From the human T2T-CHM13v2.0 reference genome, Homo sapiens: 64,000 nt of DNA. Position 1 is the first letter of the stretch; each line of letters starts with the position of its first letter. The notes beneath the pieces are model-generated. The model was not told the origin of the DNA, ran no database searches, and saw only the letters and a program-made list of their open reading frames with translations. The stretch lies in NCBI RefSeq assembly GCF_009914755.1, contig NC_060939.1; one strand, given 5' to 3'. The position numbers and the translations under genes are program-made. Shown here piece by piece: positions 30,905 through 43,200 of this stretch.

Positions 30905-32462
30905 TTTTACAGATTGTGTTTATTATTTATTTTTAATTTATTTATAAAAGTTTCATTTTTAATTGACAAATAATACTTGCTTATATTTATAGGGTACAAT
31001 GGGGTGTGTTGATAAATGAATATGTTGCAGATCGATCAAACCAGACCAATAAACGTATCTATCACCTCACATATTTATCATTTCTTTGTGGTGAGAACAC
31101 TTAAAATTACTCTTTTAGGGATTTTGGAATAATTCTGTGTATTATTATAAGCTATGATTACTATACTATGCAATAGATGACCAGACGTTATTCCTCTTGT
31201 CTAATTGAAATTTTGTACCCTTTCTCCAACATCTCTCCATTCCTCCCCCTTGTTCCCGCTCCTCCAGGCCCTGGTCACCACCATTCTACTCTCTGTTTCT
31301 ATGAGTTTGACTTTTTTATATTTCATGTATAAGTGAGATCAGGTGGTTATTTGTCTCTCTGCGCCCAGCATTTCACTTGGCATATGTCCTTCAGGGTCAT
31401 CCATGTTGTTGCAAATGACAGAATTTCCTGCTTTTTAAGACTGAATAGTAATCCATTGTGTATGTATGTATATATATATGTGTGTGTGTATATATATGTG
31501 TGTGTGTGTTTGTGTGTGTATATATATATATAAAACTCCATCAATGCGCACTGTGGTCGTTTCCATATCTTGGCTCCTGTGAATAATGCTGCACTGAACA
31601 TAGGGGTGTATACAGATATCTCTTTGATGTACTGATTTCAGTTCCTTTGGATATATACCCAGAAGTGAGATGGCTGGATTGTATGGTAATTCTATTTTTA
31701 ATTTTTTGAGGAAACTTCATACTGTTTTCCAAAATAGCTGCACTAATTTACATTCCCACCAATGGTGTTCAGGGTTCCAGATCCTCACCAGCACTTGCTA
31801 TCATTCATCTTTTTGATAATAACCAATCTAACAAGTGTGAAGTGGTATCTCATTGTGGTTTTATTTTGCATGTCTCTGATGATTAGAGATGTTGAACATA
31901 TTTTTTTATGTATCTGTTGGCCATTTGTATGTCTTCTGTTCAGAAATGCCTATTCAGGCCATTTGCCCATTTTTATAAGGTTGTTTGTTTTCTTGTTACT
32001 GTGTAGTTGGTGTTCCTTGTATATTTTAGATATTAGCCCCTTATCTGATGTATGATTTGCAAATATTTTCTCCCAATTTGTGGGTTGTCTCTTTGCTCTG
32101 TGAATTGTTTCCTTTGCTATGCAGATGCCTTTTAGTTTGGTGGAATCCTATTGTCTACTTTTGCTTTGTTTGTCTGTGCTCTTGGGGTCATAGTTAAGAA
32201 ATCGCTTCCCAGACTAATGTCATGAAGGTTTTTCCTTATGTTTTCATCTCATAGCTTTACAGTTTCAGGTTTTATGCTTAGGTCTTTAATCCATTTTGAG
32301 TTGATTCTTATATAAGGGATCAATTCTCATTCTTCCACATGTGGTTATTCAGTTTTCCCAACACCATTTATTGAAGAAACTGTCCTTTCCCCATTGCATG
32401 TTTTTGGCACCTCTGTCAAAAATCAATTGACTATAGGTGTCTGAGTTTATGTTTGGGCTTTA
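30905..32462 (-). mobile_element. L1MA 3' portion with internal (TA/TG)n at about 31455-31532
   Basis: Reverse L1 3'UTR and ORF2 end ('catccatgttgttgcaaatgacagaatttc', 'aatttacattcccaccaa'); ORFs 31347-31732 are L1-like. Confidence 0.9.
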
Positions 32463-34409
32463 GTTGAGAAAGCTTCACCACTGGCAAGGACCCATGTGGT
32501 CATAATAAAATGTGAAACAAACAGATTTAATAAGAAAGAGAGAGAGAGAGTGAGCTCATAGAAATAATTCAGCAAGACAGTGTTTCCCAAAACATATTCA
32601 ATAGCATTTCAGTCTCTTGAGAGGTTTAGAGAAGAAAAGTTTAATGGTCATCTAAATTTATGAAGCACTGGTGCTAGTTTTTCTTCTAACAGTTCACAAT
32701 GCATATTGAAATATTAAAGAATCTGAAGAATCCTGCATCCACAGAAATATTTTCATTTTCTTTAACTCAACATTTTCTAAGCACTTTGGCTATGAATTTC
32801 CTGCCTTCTCCACCTCCTTGTTCACACCACAGCACTTACACACTACGGGATATATTTTGGGAAATGCTGCAACCAAGTTTCCCTTTCTGGCTTTAGAGCC
32901 TTGGAATCTTGATAGTAATTGTGAGGCAGGCTACATTTAGTCTAGATTTTGATAATAAAGAATACTGAGAGCAGCTGTCACTCAAATGTTTATAAAAATC
33001 TTAAAAATAATTTGTTTATGATCACAGAGACTATAATCTGAATCCAGCACTATCCATACCTTCTTAACTAAGGAGCTGGAATTTTCCTTTTCCAGGATGA
33101 CTTAGAAACGTGACTGATATTCTGATGGAGACATTTCCATTCTTCTTCTGTGCCATCTCTCGTGGGATACCCAGATGTCTACTTCTTATATCAGGGCTTT
33201 AGTTAATAATTTAATATTGATTTTTGTAACCTATGAATTTTTTTCCAGTAAGCTTCTTTTAAGAGGCTATTTTCTATTCTCTAGTGGTTATTTTATTTTT
33301 GCTGTTTCGAAAACCATTTTTATTTAAGTCTAATTTCATTTAATTGTCAGAAAATGTGATTTGTATAATTTCTGCTTTTTTGGGGGAATAATCTAATGAG
33401 TTTTTAATAGCTCTATGTATGATCAATTATTGCTACAGTTCCATGAATATTTGAGAAAAAATTAAAAAATATTCTCTGGAAAGACAAAGTTTGACATGTG
33501 TCTACAAAAACAATATTGTTCAAATACTTTATATTATTATTTTTATGCCATTGATTTATTCAAGACCGAGGTGCTGTCTTAAAATCTCCCACTCCGAGAA
33601 GAATTTTTTCTCTTTCTGCTGTTTTTTGTGTTATATATTTGAATCCCATATTATTTGATTCTTAAGATTTATGAGTTTTATATGTTCATTGTGAATTGTG
33701 CCCTTTATCAAAATAAGATCTTAAAATCCCATTTAATGCACTTGATCTTGAATATGGCTTCATTGTATATTACTATTGCCATGCTTGCTTTAATTTATGT
33801 TTGCTTATGCTTTTAGTTTCAATATTTCTCCTTTAAAATGTTTGAACAGAGGCAAACAAAATAAAGAGATAATTTAAGAGCATTTCTCATACACATTTTT
33901 TTTCCTTTCTCTCCTTTAAAAGTGCCTCTTATATACAACATGCTGTGGGATTTTAAAAAGTAATCCAAATTTTTGTCATTATTAAGGCTGACTAGCCTGT
34001 TTATACTTAAACAGTTTTTACTGTTACTTGTCATTTTGGTTTCATGCTATTTTCCATGCCTCACCGCTGTTGTCTCTTTTTCTTTTTTTCTTATGCAATG
34101 TGGACCATCATTTCTTTCATTTTTTCATCCTCAGGGTTTATAACTTTACTAGTGCTTTCTTTTTACTACTTAAAGATAATATATTTGAACTTATACTTCT
34201 CCATTAACAGCTAACATTTATTGTTTCCTACATAACAGATGCTCTTCACATACATTATACAACTAAATTATAGCAACCACTGCATGAGATAGGTAATGAT
34301 GTTTTTATGTGCCTTTTAAAGATGAGAAAACTGAGTCATAAAGAGGTTAAATAAAAAATTTACATCAGTTTTTTCAGAATCCACGCAACCAGAATGTAAA
34401 CCCAGATTT

Positions 34410-34710
34410 CCTCCATTCCTTGGCTCATGGTACCTCCCTCCACGTTCAAAGCCAAAAATTGCATGCCTCTTACCTCCTTTTCCATTACATCCCATCTCCT
34501 CCTTTGGCTCTGACTTCTTATCTCCTTCTTTCACTTATAAGGACCTTTGTCATTACCCTGCACCCAACCTGATGATCCAGGATAGTCTCCTCATCTCAAA
34601 TTTCCTAATCACATCTTCAAAGTTCCTTTACTGTGTAAAATAACATCTTCACAGGTTGCAGGGATTAGAATATGGGCATCTTTGGAGGGCCATTATTCTG
34701 CCTATCACAC
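34410..34710 (-). mobile_element. MLT1 LTR fragment
   Basis: 'cacttataaggacc.ttgt.attac', 'catctttggagggccattattctgccta.caca'. Confidence 0.75.
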
Positions 34711-35122
34711 CAACATAAGCAATAAACTCAACTCTGTTTTAGAGACCCATTGTTCTAGTGATATTCTAGAGAGTTTGCATTTATTTGGCACAATACTAAG
34801 TACTGCCTTTCAGTTTTCAAGAATTAAATAATATTACTATATCGATGTAAGTTGAAAACATTAACATTTTGTTCCACCTTTTTCCTCCCTTGTACATCTC
34901 TTTTTAAGTTCATTTTAGAGCTAGGTGATGACATCAAAATTTGATAATGTGTACTGTCTCCCTAAAGAATTATTTTTTAATGTTTATATTAATATAGTAA
35001 CCATATTTTTAGATAGTCATTTAGATGTAAGCTTGTTTAACTGGGTTTTATTTTAGTCTTTTTATATTGCTTTTCTGTTTGATTTGGGGGCAGCTGAAGT
35101 GTGTCTTCAAGTCCTTCTTTTC

Positions 35123-35432
35123 TTTCTTTTTTTTTTTTTTCTATTTTTAAGACAGGGTCTCGCTCTGTCACCCAGGATGGAGTGCAGTGACTTGATCTAG
35201 GCTCACTGCAGCCTTGACCTCCCAGGCTCAAGTGATCCTCCCACCTCAGCCTCCCACGTAGCTGGGACCACAGGTGTGCACCACCATGCCCGGCAATTTT
35301 TATGTATTTTTAGTAGAGATGGGGTCTTGCCATGTAGCCCAGGCTGGTCTTGAACTCCTGAGCTTAAGCAAACCACCTGCTTCGGCCTCCCAGAGTGCTG
35401 GGATTACAGGTGTGAACCACTGCACCTGGGCC
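35123..35432 (-). mobile_element. AluJ, antisense
   Basis: 'gacctcccaggctcaagtgatcctcccacctcagcc'; TSD aagtccttcttttc (35109) / aagtccttattttc (35433). Confidence 0.93.
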
Positions 35433-35446
35433 AAGTCCTTATTTTC

Positions 35447-35902
35447 TTATTATTTTTTATTTATTTTTTTTATTTTATTATTATTATACTTTAAGTTTTA
35501 GGGTACACGTGCACAGTGTGCAGGTTAGTTACATATGTATACATGTGCCATGCTGGTGTGCTGCACCCATTAACTCGTCATTTAGCATTAGGTATATCTC
35601 CTAATGCCATCCCTCCCCCTTCCCCCGACCCCACAACAGTCCCTAGAGTGTGATGTTCCCCTTCCTGTGTCCATGTGTTCTCATTGTTCAATTCCCACCT
35701 ATGAGTGAGAATATGCGGTGTTTGGTTTTTTGTCCTTGCGATAATTTACTGAGAATGATGATTTCCAATTTCATCCATATCCCTACAAAGGACATGAACT
35801 CATCATTTTTTATGGCTGCATAGTATTCCATGGTGTATATGTGCCACATTTTCTTAATCCAGACTTGGAACCAACCCAAATGTCCAACAGTGATAGACTG
35901 GA
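35447..35902 (-). mobile_element. 5'-truncated L1PA2/PA3-like insertion with a short 5' inversion (35863-35902)
   Basis: Reverse L1PA 3'UTR; then about 40 bp of adjacent L1 sequence in the opposite orientation; perfect 16-bp TSD ccaagtccttattttc at 35431-35446 and 35903-35918. Confidence 0.93.
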
Positions 35903-36850
35903 CCAAGTCCTTATTTTCAATAAAGATAAGGTAGTATGTTGTCTGAGCTTTTGTATGTCTGAGCATACATGCTACATTTGCTCATGAGCAAAAACTTGGT
36001 TGGATATAGGTTTATTAGATTATAATCCCCTCTTCTTTCAAGATCTAAGCAGTACTCATTTCCTCTAGCATGTAGTGTTGCAGAAGAAATATGAGCCAAG
36101 AATGATTTTTTTGTATACATATATGTACAATGGGTTTATTTATGCACACACACACACACAGAGACACATACACACACACACCACACAGAGACACATACAT
36201 GTTTAAAAATAATCTTCAGTGTAGCATGCAAGTGTCATTCTATGCAACAATGAGCAGTGAGTTAAGATTGGCAATCAAACACACAGGTTAGGCTTTATCC
36301 AGAAGTAAATTTACTTATCCATAAGAAAGAATACAGAGAAGGCAACAAAACAGCACACATAGAAAGGGCTTAGTGAGAGTCTGGACTCCCAGGCACAGCT
36401 TACTTTGTCCTAGTAACTCCTCACTATGGAATTATGTGGTCATGAGAGATTAGGTTGAGTGGGACATATCCATCTCAGCCTAGGAATACTATCAGCCTTG
36501 GGCTTCCTTCAGATTTCATGCTTAGCTAGTTGTGTAGGTTGTGTGTGTGTGCTTGTGTATGTGTAGTTAGTCATCTTGTATTCTCAGGGGTATGTGGCTC
36601 CCTCCCAATCTCCAATGCAGGTGCATCTCATCAATACCTGATACTCGTTATTTGATGGACAATCATAACAATTACATACAAAGATTTGGTTAGATACATG
36701 GGCGTCTGCTGGATTTTTATTTATCTTGAATCTGGTATAAACATGCTTCTTATAATTCCTTTACTTAGTGTTGTGTCAAATCCTGGCTTTCTGGAACATC
36801 ACAAGAACAACCTGTTTCTAAGACACAGTTGGGTTTATTGCTCATGTTGG

Positions 36851-37340
36851 CATGGTAGGCAGAATAATGGACCTCCAAAATGTCCACATCGCAATCCTGT
36901 GAAGATGTTACTTTACATGGTAAGGGGACTTTGAAGATGTGATTAGAGACTTTAAGATGGGGAGATTAACCTTGATTATCAGATTGGGTGCGGGGTAATC
37001 ACAAGAGTCCTTATAAGTGAAAGAATTAGATAAGAGAATCAGAGCCAGAGAAAAAAATGGGACTGAATGGATGCAGAAGTCAGAGTGATGCAATTTTTGG
37101 CTTTGAAGGTGGAGGGAGGTACCATGAGTGAAGGAATGCAGGTGACCTCTAGAAGCTAGAAAAGGCAAGGGAAGAGATCTTGTATAGAGCTTCCAAAAGG
37201 AATGCAGCCCTACTGACACCTTGAATTTTGCCCAGTGGGACCCATTTTAGACTACTGACCTTCAGAACTATAAGATAATAAATTTGTGTTGTCTTAACCT
37301 ACAAAATTTGTGATGATTCCAGCAGTAGTAGGAAACTAAT
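36851..37340 (+). mobile_element. MLT1 (C/D-like) LTR
   Basis: 'tggtaggcagaataatgg.cc.ccaaa.tgtccac', 'ggaatgcagccct.ctgacaccttga', 'cagaactataagataataaatttgtgttg'. Confidence 0.85.
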
Positions 37341-37964
37341 TTACTTGACAAAGGAGAAAGAATGGGACAGAGTCTTACTAGTGTCTCAAAGGGCAGAGGG
37401 CAAAGTGGGGATATTTATTGAGACCTTAAAGCCTGGCTTAAAGGCAGATATTTTAATGTGGGGGCATTGATTAGGGTTGGGTAAGGATCACCAAGTAATG
37501 GTTTAAGATTGGTGGACACTGTAAGGCAAGGATTTTGAAAAAGGGTGAGAAGAGGGATTCAAAGAATCTTGGCTCAAAGATGGGTTGATGCTTTCTATTG
37601 AAGAGTTGATGGGATATTCCTGAAATGAACAATATATTTATTTGTAATTTCTGTCTTCCCAGAGCAGTAAGGTTATGCTGATGAAGGTTGGGGAATAATA
37701 GTCATGTTAATGTAGACAGTAAGCTATGTGTGGGTAAATGATTTTGGTTCTCAGTTTTAAGGAGAATATGACTCAAGGTCAAATTTTCAGGTGCCCCTGA
37801 GGCTAGAGAAAGGCCATAGAATTATCTGGTAATCTTTTCTTTTCTTGGCACTTTTTCTTTTTCCTTGCAATTCAACTATTTCAGTAGAGTATAAATAGGT
37901 TTTAGTCTATTCCTATTCAGATGTCGGGATTTGTACTTACTTTAGGACATTCTTTTTCCCTTGT

Positions 37965-38470
37965 ATGTTAGTTGTCTATTGCTGCAGTAACAAACTACAA
38001 AAAATGTAGTGGCTTCAACAGGAACAGGTACTTTTTTTAAAAAAAATTGTACAGCTTTTTAGGTTAGAAGTTTGACATGAATCTCACTGGGCGAAGACCA
38101 GGGTTTTGGGGTTGTGTTTCTTCTGGAGGCTCTGTGGGGAGAGTGTGTTTCCTTTCCTTTTCCAGCTTCTAGAGGCCACCTGCATTCCTTGGCTGGTGAT
38201 GCCTTTCTCCATCTTCAAAGCCAGCAAGGGAAGACTGAGGTCTTATGGGGCCAGCAGTTGTTCTCTGCAGCCAGGAAAGGGCCTCTGCTTTTAATCATGT
38301 TGTGATTAGATTGGCCACAACTGGACAGTGCAGGACGACCTCCCCATTTCAAGTAGACCTTAATCTTAAACATGTCTGCAAAGTCCCTTTCACCATGTGA
38401 GGTATCCTACCAAAGGTTCTGAAGGTGAGAACGTGAACATCTTTGGGGGCCACTATTCTTCTTACCATAT
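37965..38470 (-). mobile_element. MLT1 (C/D-like) LTR
   Basis: 'ttccagcttctagaggccacctgcattccttggct', 'tctgcaaagtcccttt'. Confidence 0.8.
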
Positions 38471-38885
38471 CTGTAGTAAGTTATTTCCACATGTAAATAC
38501 TTCCTCTACCTTTTGAAGACACTACTTCCCTTTCCATATATTTTATATATTTGTCAATATTTTTACATATTCATTTTATTAAAAAATTCATGAGTTTTTT
38601 GTTTCATTTACCCAGCAGGCTAGTTATTTGTCAAGAAACAAGGTGGGCGGTTTCTCCTTGGCCCTCTTAATACCTCCTTGATTGTGGAAAAAACTTTCTA
38701 CATTTTAAGCTGGGAGGATAATTTTTGGGCAGTGGTGTTTTTGTGCTACAGAGGGGGCAGTGTTTCCCTCTCTGGTTACTGAAATTTCCACTGTCAGGGG
38801 ATGCAGTGCAGGTGGGGAAAATCTCTTAGCCTCTCTATGACTGGTGCCCCTGTTTTGATTAGGGAAAATTTCTTCGGAATTCTTA

Positions 38886-39212
<327 letters not shown>

Positions 39213-39539
39213 GGATTGTTCACCAGGTGTCCTAATTTCAATGGCTATTTCATTTTTTTTTTTAAATGAGTATTGGGGAGGTATGGTAGGAAAAATTTGT
39301 TGCTATTAGTTAGTTGTTCTTTTAGCTTAGCAGTCCCCCTGGATTAACCACGTCTATTATTTTTTCAATGTGCTCACATTTCTCCCTATTACTTTGCCCT
39401 GTGATACTATGTGCTGTAGAAGTTTTCTGTCTCATTTTCCCCAGTGTTCTGGGCATGTTCTATTTTCATGATAACCACATTTTTTTTTAATTTTAAGGAA
39501 GGCATGCTTAGATTTGTCTCTTTTCTTTTTAAATTGTTT

Positions 39540-39745
39540 GCTAATTTTTATTTGTACAAATTTATGGGTACGCGTGAAGTTTTCTTACATGCATAGATTG
39601 AGCAAAGGTCAAGCCAGCACTTTTAGGGTATCCATCACCCAAATGACGTACATTGTAGCCATTAACACATTTCTCATGATCCTCCCCCACCCCATCCCCT
39701 GACCCTTCCGAGTCTCCATTTTCTGTGATTTCCTCGTATGTCACA
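39540..39745 (-). mobile_element. L1MA 3' end fragment
   Basis: 'gtacaaatttatgggta', 'ttacatgcatagattg', 'ggtatccatcacccaaat'. Confidence 0.7.
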
Positions 39746-39998
39746 GCGATAGGAAGAGGGCTTTATGCCCCTGCCCTCCTCCCTCTTGCTTTCAGTGCAA
39801 CTTGAAAACAGATCTTCTGTTATGCCAAAACATGCAGGAATGATGCTTCCTGCTCAGTCTCACTGAGTTTCTCCTACACAGTAGAAATAGCCCCCTTTTA
39901 ATCACTCAAGGCCCAATACATAAAGGACAGATTAGATTAACAACAATACTTCTAAACTATATGTAAGCCGTTGTTGTTTTCTATTATTGTTGTTATAA

Positions 39999-40199
<201 letters not shown>

Positions 40200-40699
40200 T
40201 AAAATGGGATCCTCTTCGTAGAAGATTTGACTAAGGGTGTCCTTTATAGTCTTGGAAGCATTCTGTCTCTTTTAGATCAAAAGCTCCATAAAGGGTTGGA
40301 GACTGTCTGTCTTTGTAGAAATACACCCCCAGCTTTTCTTGGTGTGACACAAAGGTTAAACATTAATGTTGCTTTGTTGTTAAAGGGAGAGAAAATGAAA
40401 TGAATTCAAACTGTCCGGCAGATGAAATGACAGTTTGCTAATGATGGTCACTTCCTCTCTTAAAACAGAACCAGGACCCTGAATCATATTTTCCAACTTC
40501 TAATCCAGGGACTTTTCTCACTGTGCTCACTGCTGTTATGTGACTCTCAGTCAGTCAAGGTTTGGAAAGAAAGAAAGTTGAGTTTTTAAGCCCTGGCTAA
40601 AGAATCCCCTTGATAACCTGAATACCATTTGTGCCTGAAGGGCTGAAGATGTGGACAGGCTCTAGCTAAGAACTTTGAAACAAAGTCATAGCCAAACTC

Positions 40700-40890
40700 A
40701 TGCACACACACGCAGACACACACAAATATACGCATATGGACATATAGACAAACACATAGACACATGTAGACACAAACATATACACAGACGTGTAGACACA
40801 AACATATACGCCTAGACGTGTATACATGTGTAGACACAAACATATACACAGATGTGTATACACGTATACAGACACGTACACACACACATC
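40700..40890. repeat. Degenerate CA/TA-rich repeat with recurring tgtagacacaaacatatac unit
   Basis: Seen directly; explains V/C/Y-rich ORFs 40586-40887. Confidence 0.85.
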
Positions 40891-41119
40891 TTTAAATGTT
40901 GGGCTTCTGTGCCTAAGTGCATATGTGCGACTGACCTGTTGACCTGTTACGAACTAGCTTTTGAAAATGGCTTCTGACATCATTTCAGACCTTAGGTAGG
41001 CAAAAAAAAAAAAACAAAAAAACAAAAAAAAAACACCCAAAGAATGAGGAATGTTTTGTGATACAGAGAAGTTTTGGAAATTAAAGAAGAAGCTGGATGC
41101 CCAGCTTAATTTATCCCCA

Positions 41120-41350
41120 GAAGATACTGCCTTCCATAATGAAGATACAGCCTTCCCTGGTGAAGATACAGCCTTCTCTGAGGAAGATACAGCCTTCCCT
41201 GATGAAGACATAGCCTTCCCTGGTGAAGATACACCCTTCTCTGAGGAAGCTACAGCCTTCTCTGAGGAAGATACAGCCTTCCCTGATGAAGACACAGCCT
41301 TCCCTGAGGAAGATACAGCCTTCCCTGATGAAGTGCTAGCCTCATTCAGG
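41120..41350. repeat. 21-bp minisatellite, 10 full units plus 1 degenerate; consensus GAAGATACAGCCTTCCCTGAT
   Basis: Units start at 41120, 41141, 41162, 41183, 41204, 41225, 41246, 41267, 41288, 41309, 41330 with no indels. Confidence 0.97.
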
Positions 41351-42143
41351 TGACTCTTTGGTAGATCGGAATTATATTTTCTCACACCCCATCAGCATCT
41401 GACAATGGATGCTTAACAACCTGGCAAATCAACAACCGATTAACCCATCTGGATTAATGAGGCCCTAAAATGCTTTAATGAATAATAAGGGATTTTCCAA
41501 AAATTCTCTTCTGTGTTTTATGCATTTAAGAGCAATTTCTGTAACAGTCACAGAGTACCCCCCGTCAGCAGATGAGCAGTGCTTGGGAGCTGGAGACAGC
41601 AATCCTCCCAGGGTAACTTTCATTGAACAATTATTTATTTAAGAAAGTGGATGTGTGTAAGTCTGAGCTTCTTTTTCTAAAAAAGAGTTGAGCAGAACTC
41701 TGATGTATCATTATGACATAGAAGTGCCTCCGTTTTTGCATTTTGTGCTGACATTGGTGTTTTTGTTGCTATTATAAATGTGGAGAGTATTCTTACTTTA
41801 AGAAGAGGACTTGAAACATGCAAAGGCCCTTAAATAATCTGGCACTCCAACAAATAGTTCTGTTAAAAAAAGAGAGAGAAAGAGAAAAAATATCTCTTAG
41901 TACACCCTTATATGAATCAAAAGAGGCTGGTTTCTGCTTGCTCTGTAAGATGGGTTATAGTAAGTGTACACTCTTATGATCATAACAGCTTTTTTTTCTT
42001 TTAAACACATGCTAACATATCCGATGTTCATCTCAAGAAGTATCAGATAAATGCTATGCATTTTCTTTTTGTCACTTGCAAATGACAATCATTGAGCTAG
42101 ATCCTGAGGAAACCAGGCTTTGACCTAGATGAAAGGGCTAGTT

Positions 42144-42322
42144 AGGGCCATCTTCATAGGTGTGTCACCTATACATTTGCAGAGCTCTCCTGCTTAGAAG
42201 GGCCATGCACTCTGCTTAATGCTTTTCTGCTACTATCTTTATAAAATTCTTTATAAAGTTTTAAACAAGGGGCCTTGCCTTTTCATTTTTCTCTGGGCCC
42301 TGCAAATTACATAGCTGGTCCT
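42144..42322. mobile_element. MER91A-like hAT-Tip100 element
   Basis: 'cttagaagggcc', 'ttttcattttt.ctctgggccctgcaaatta..tagctggtcctg'. Confidence 0.7.
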
Positions 42323-43027
42323 GGATGTGATTTAAGGTCATAAAGGTAGAAAGTGGCAAAGGCCAGTGCCTTTCTGATACTACTCTTCTCTGTTTCCAAA
42401 TTATGCATGAAGAGCTTTAAGGTTTAACCTATTTTTCCCACTCCCTGAAAATACTATTTGTATGGATTATGTAGCTGATTGGTATCTTTCATCATGGGGA
42501 TTAATTTCAGGACCCCTTATTTTACAGATGGGGTAAGTGGAGCTCAGAAAGGTTAAATACTATGATCAGTAGAGGTGACAGATTTTCAACATTGTTATTC
42601 TGATTCCAGACTCCACACACACAACAAACGTGCTGACTCCTTTGTTATAACACATGTTCAGCATCAACATTTTGGCTTCACTCTTGGAGCCATAACTTCC
42701 TCTCTTCCTCATTCTGTCCTCAAATTATTAGATACTAGCTGAGTTGTTAAAGCATTTATGCTAAATTGACCACAAATAAGTGTATTACTCTCTTCTTGCT
42801 CACAACGAATTTTATTTTCCTTTCCTAACCCAATGGAAGCATTTTCATGGTGAATGCTTCAGATACTGTGGCAGGAAGGGAGAAAGAAAATTCTTTCTGC
42901 CTGAAGGCCTTTCTTCATACCCAGCAGATCCCAGCACAGAGCTGAGATTGCATGACCTAAGCCACGTGCTGGGGCACAGTTTCAGCAGGGCTACATAATA
43001 AAAATGTATACAGGGTACGTGTCTGTG

Positions 43028-43031
<4 letters not shown>

Positions 43032-43083
<52 letters not shown>

Positions 43084-43200
43084 TAACTATATATATATGG
43101 TAGCTATATATATATAGGTAACTATATATATGGTAACTATATATATATGAATATATTCTTATATATATATGAATATATTCTTATATATATATGAATATAT
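43032..43200. repeat. (TA)n microsatellite with higher-order units
   Basis: About 50 bp pure (TA)n, then ggta(a/g)c(ta)n x4 and gaatatattct(ta)n x2-3. Confidence 0.95.

Noticed and set aside
36240-37760. LTR-like sequence flanking the MLT1 (also about 29130-29700 and 63330-63750)
   Set aside because: Looks like old ERVL-type LTR, but I cannot assign family or boundaries reliably
41120-41350. Possible CRISPR-like array
   Set aside because: Head-to-tail 21-bp units with no unique spacers, in a primate intron; it is a minisatellite
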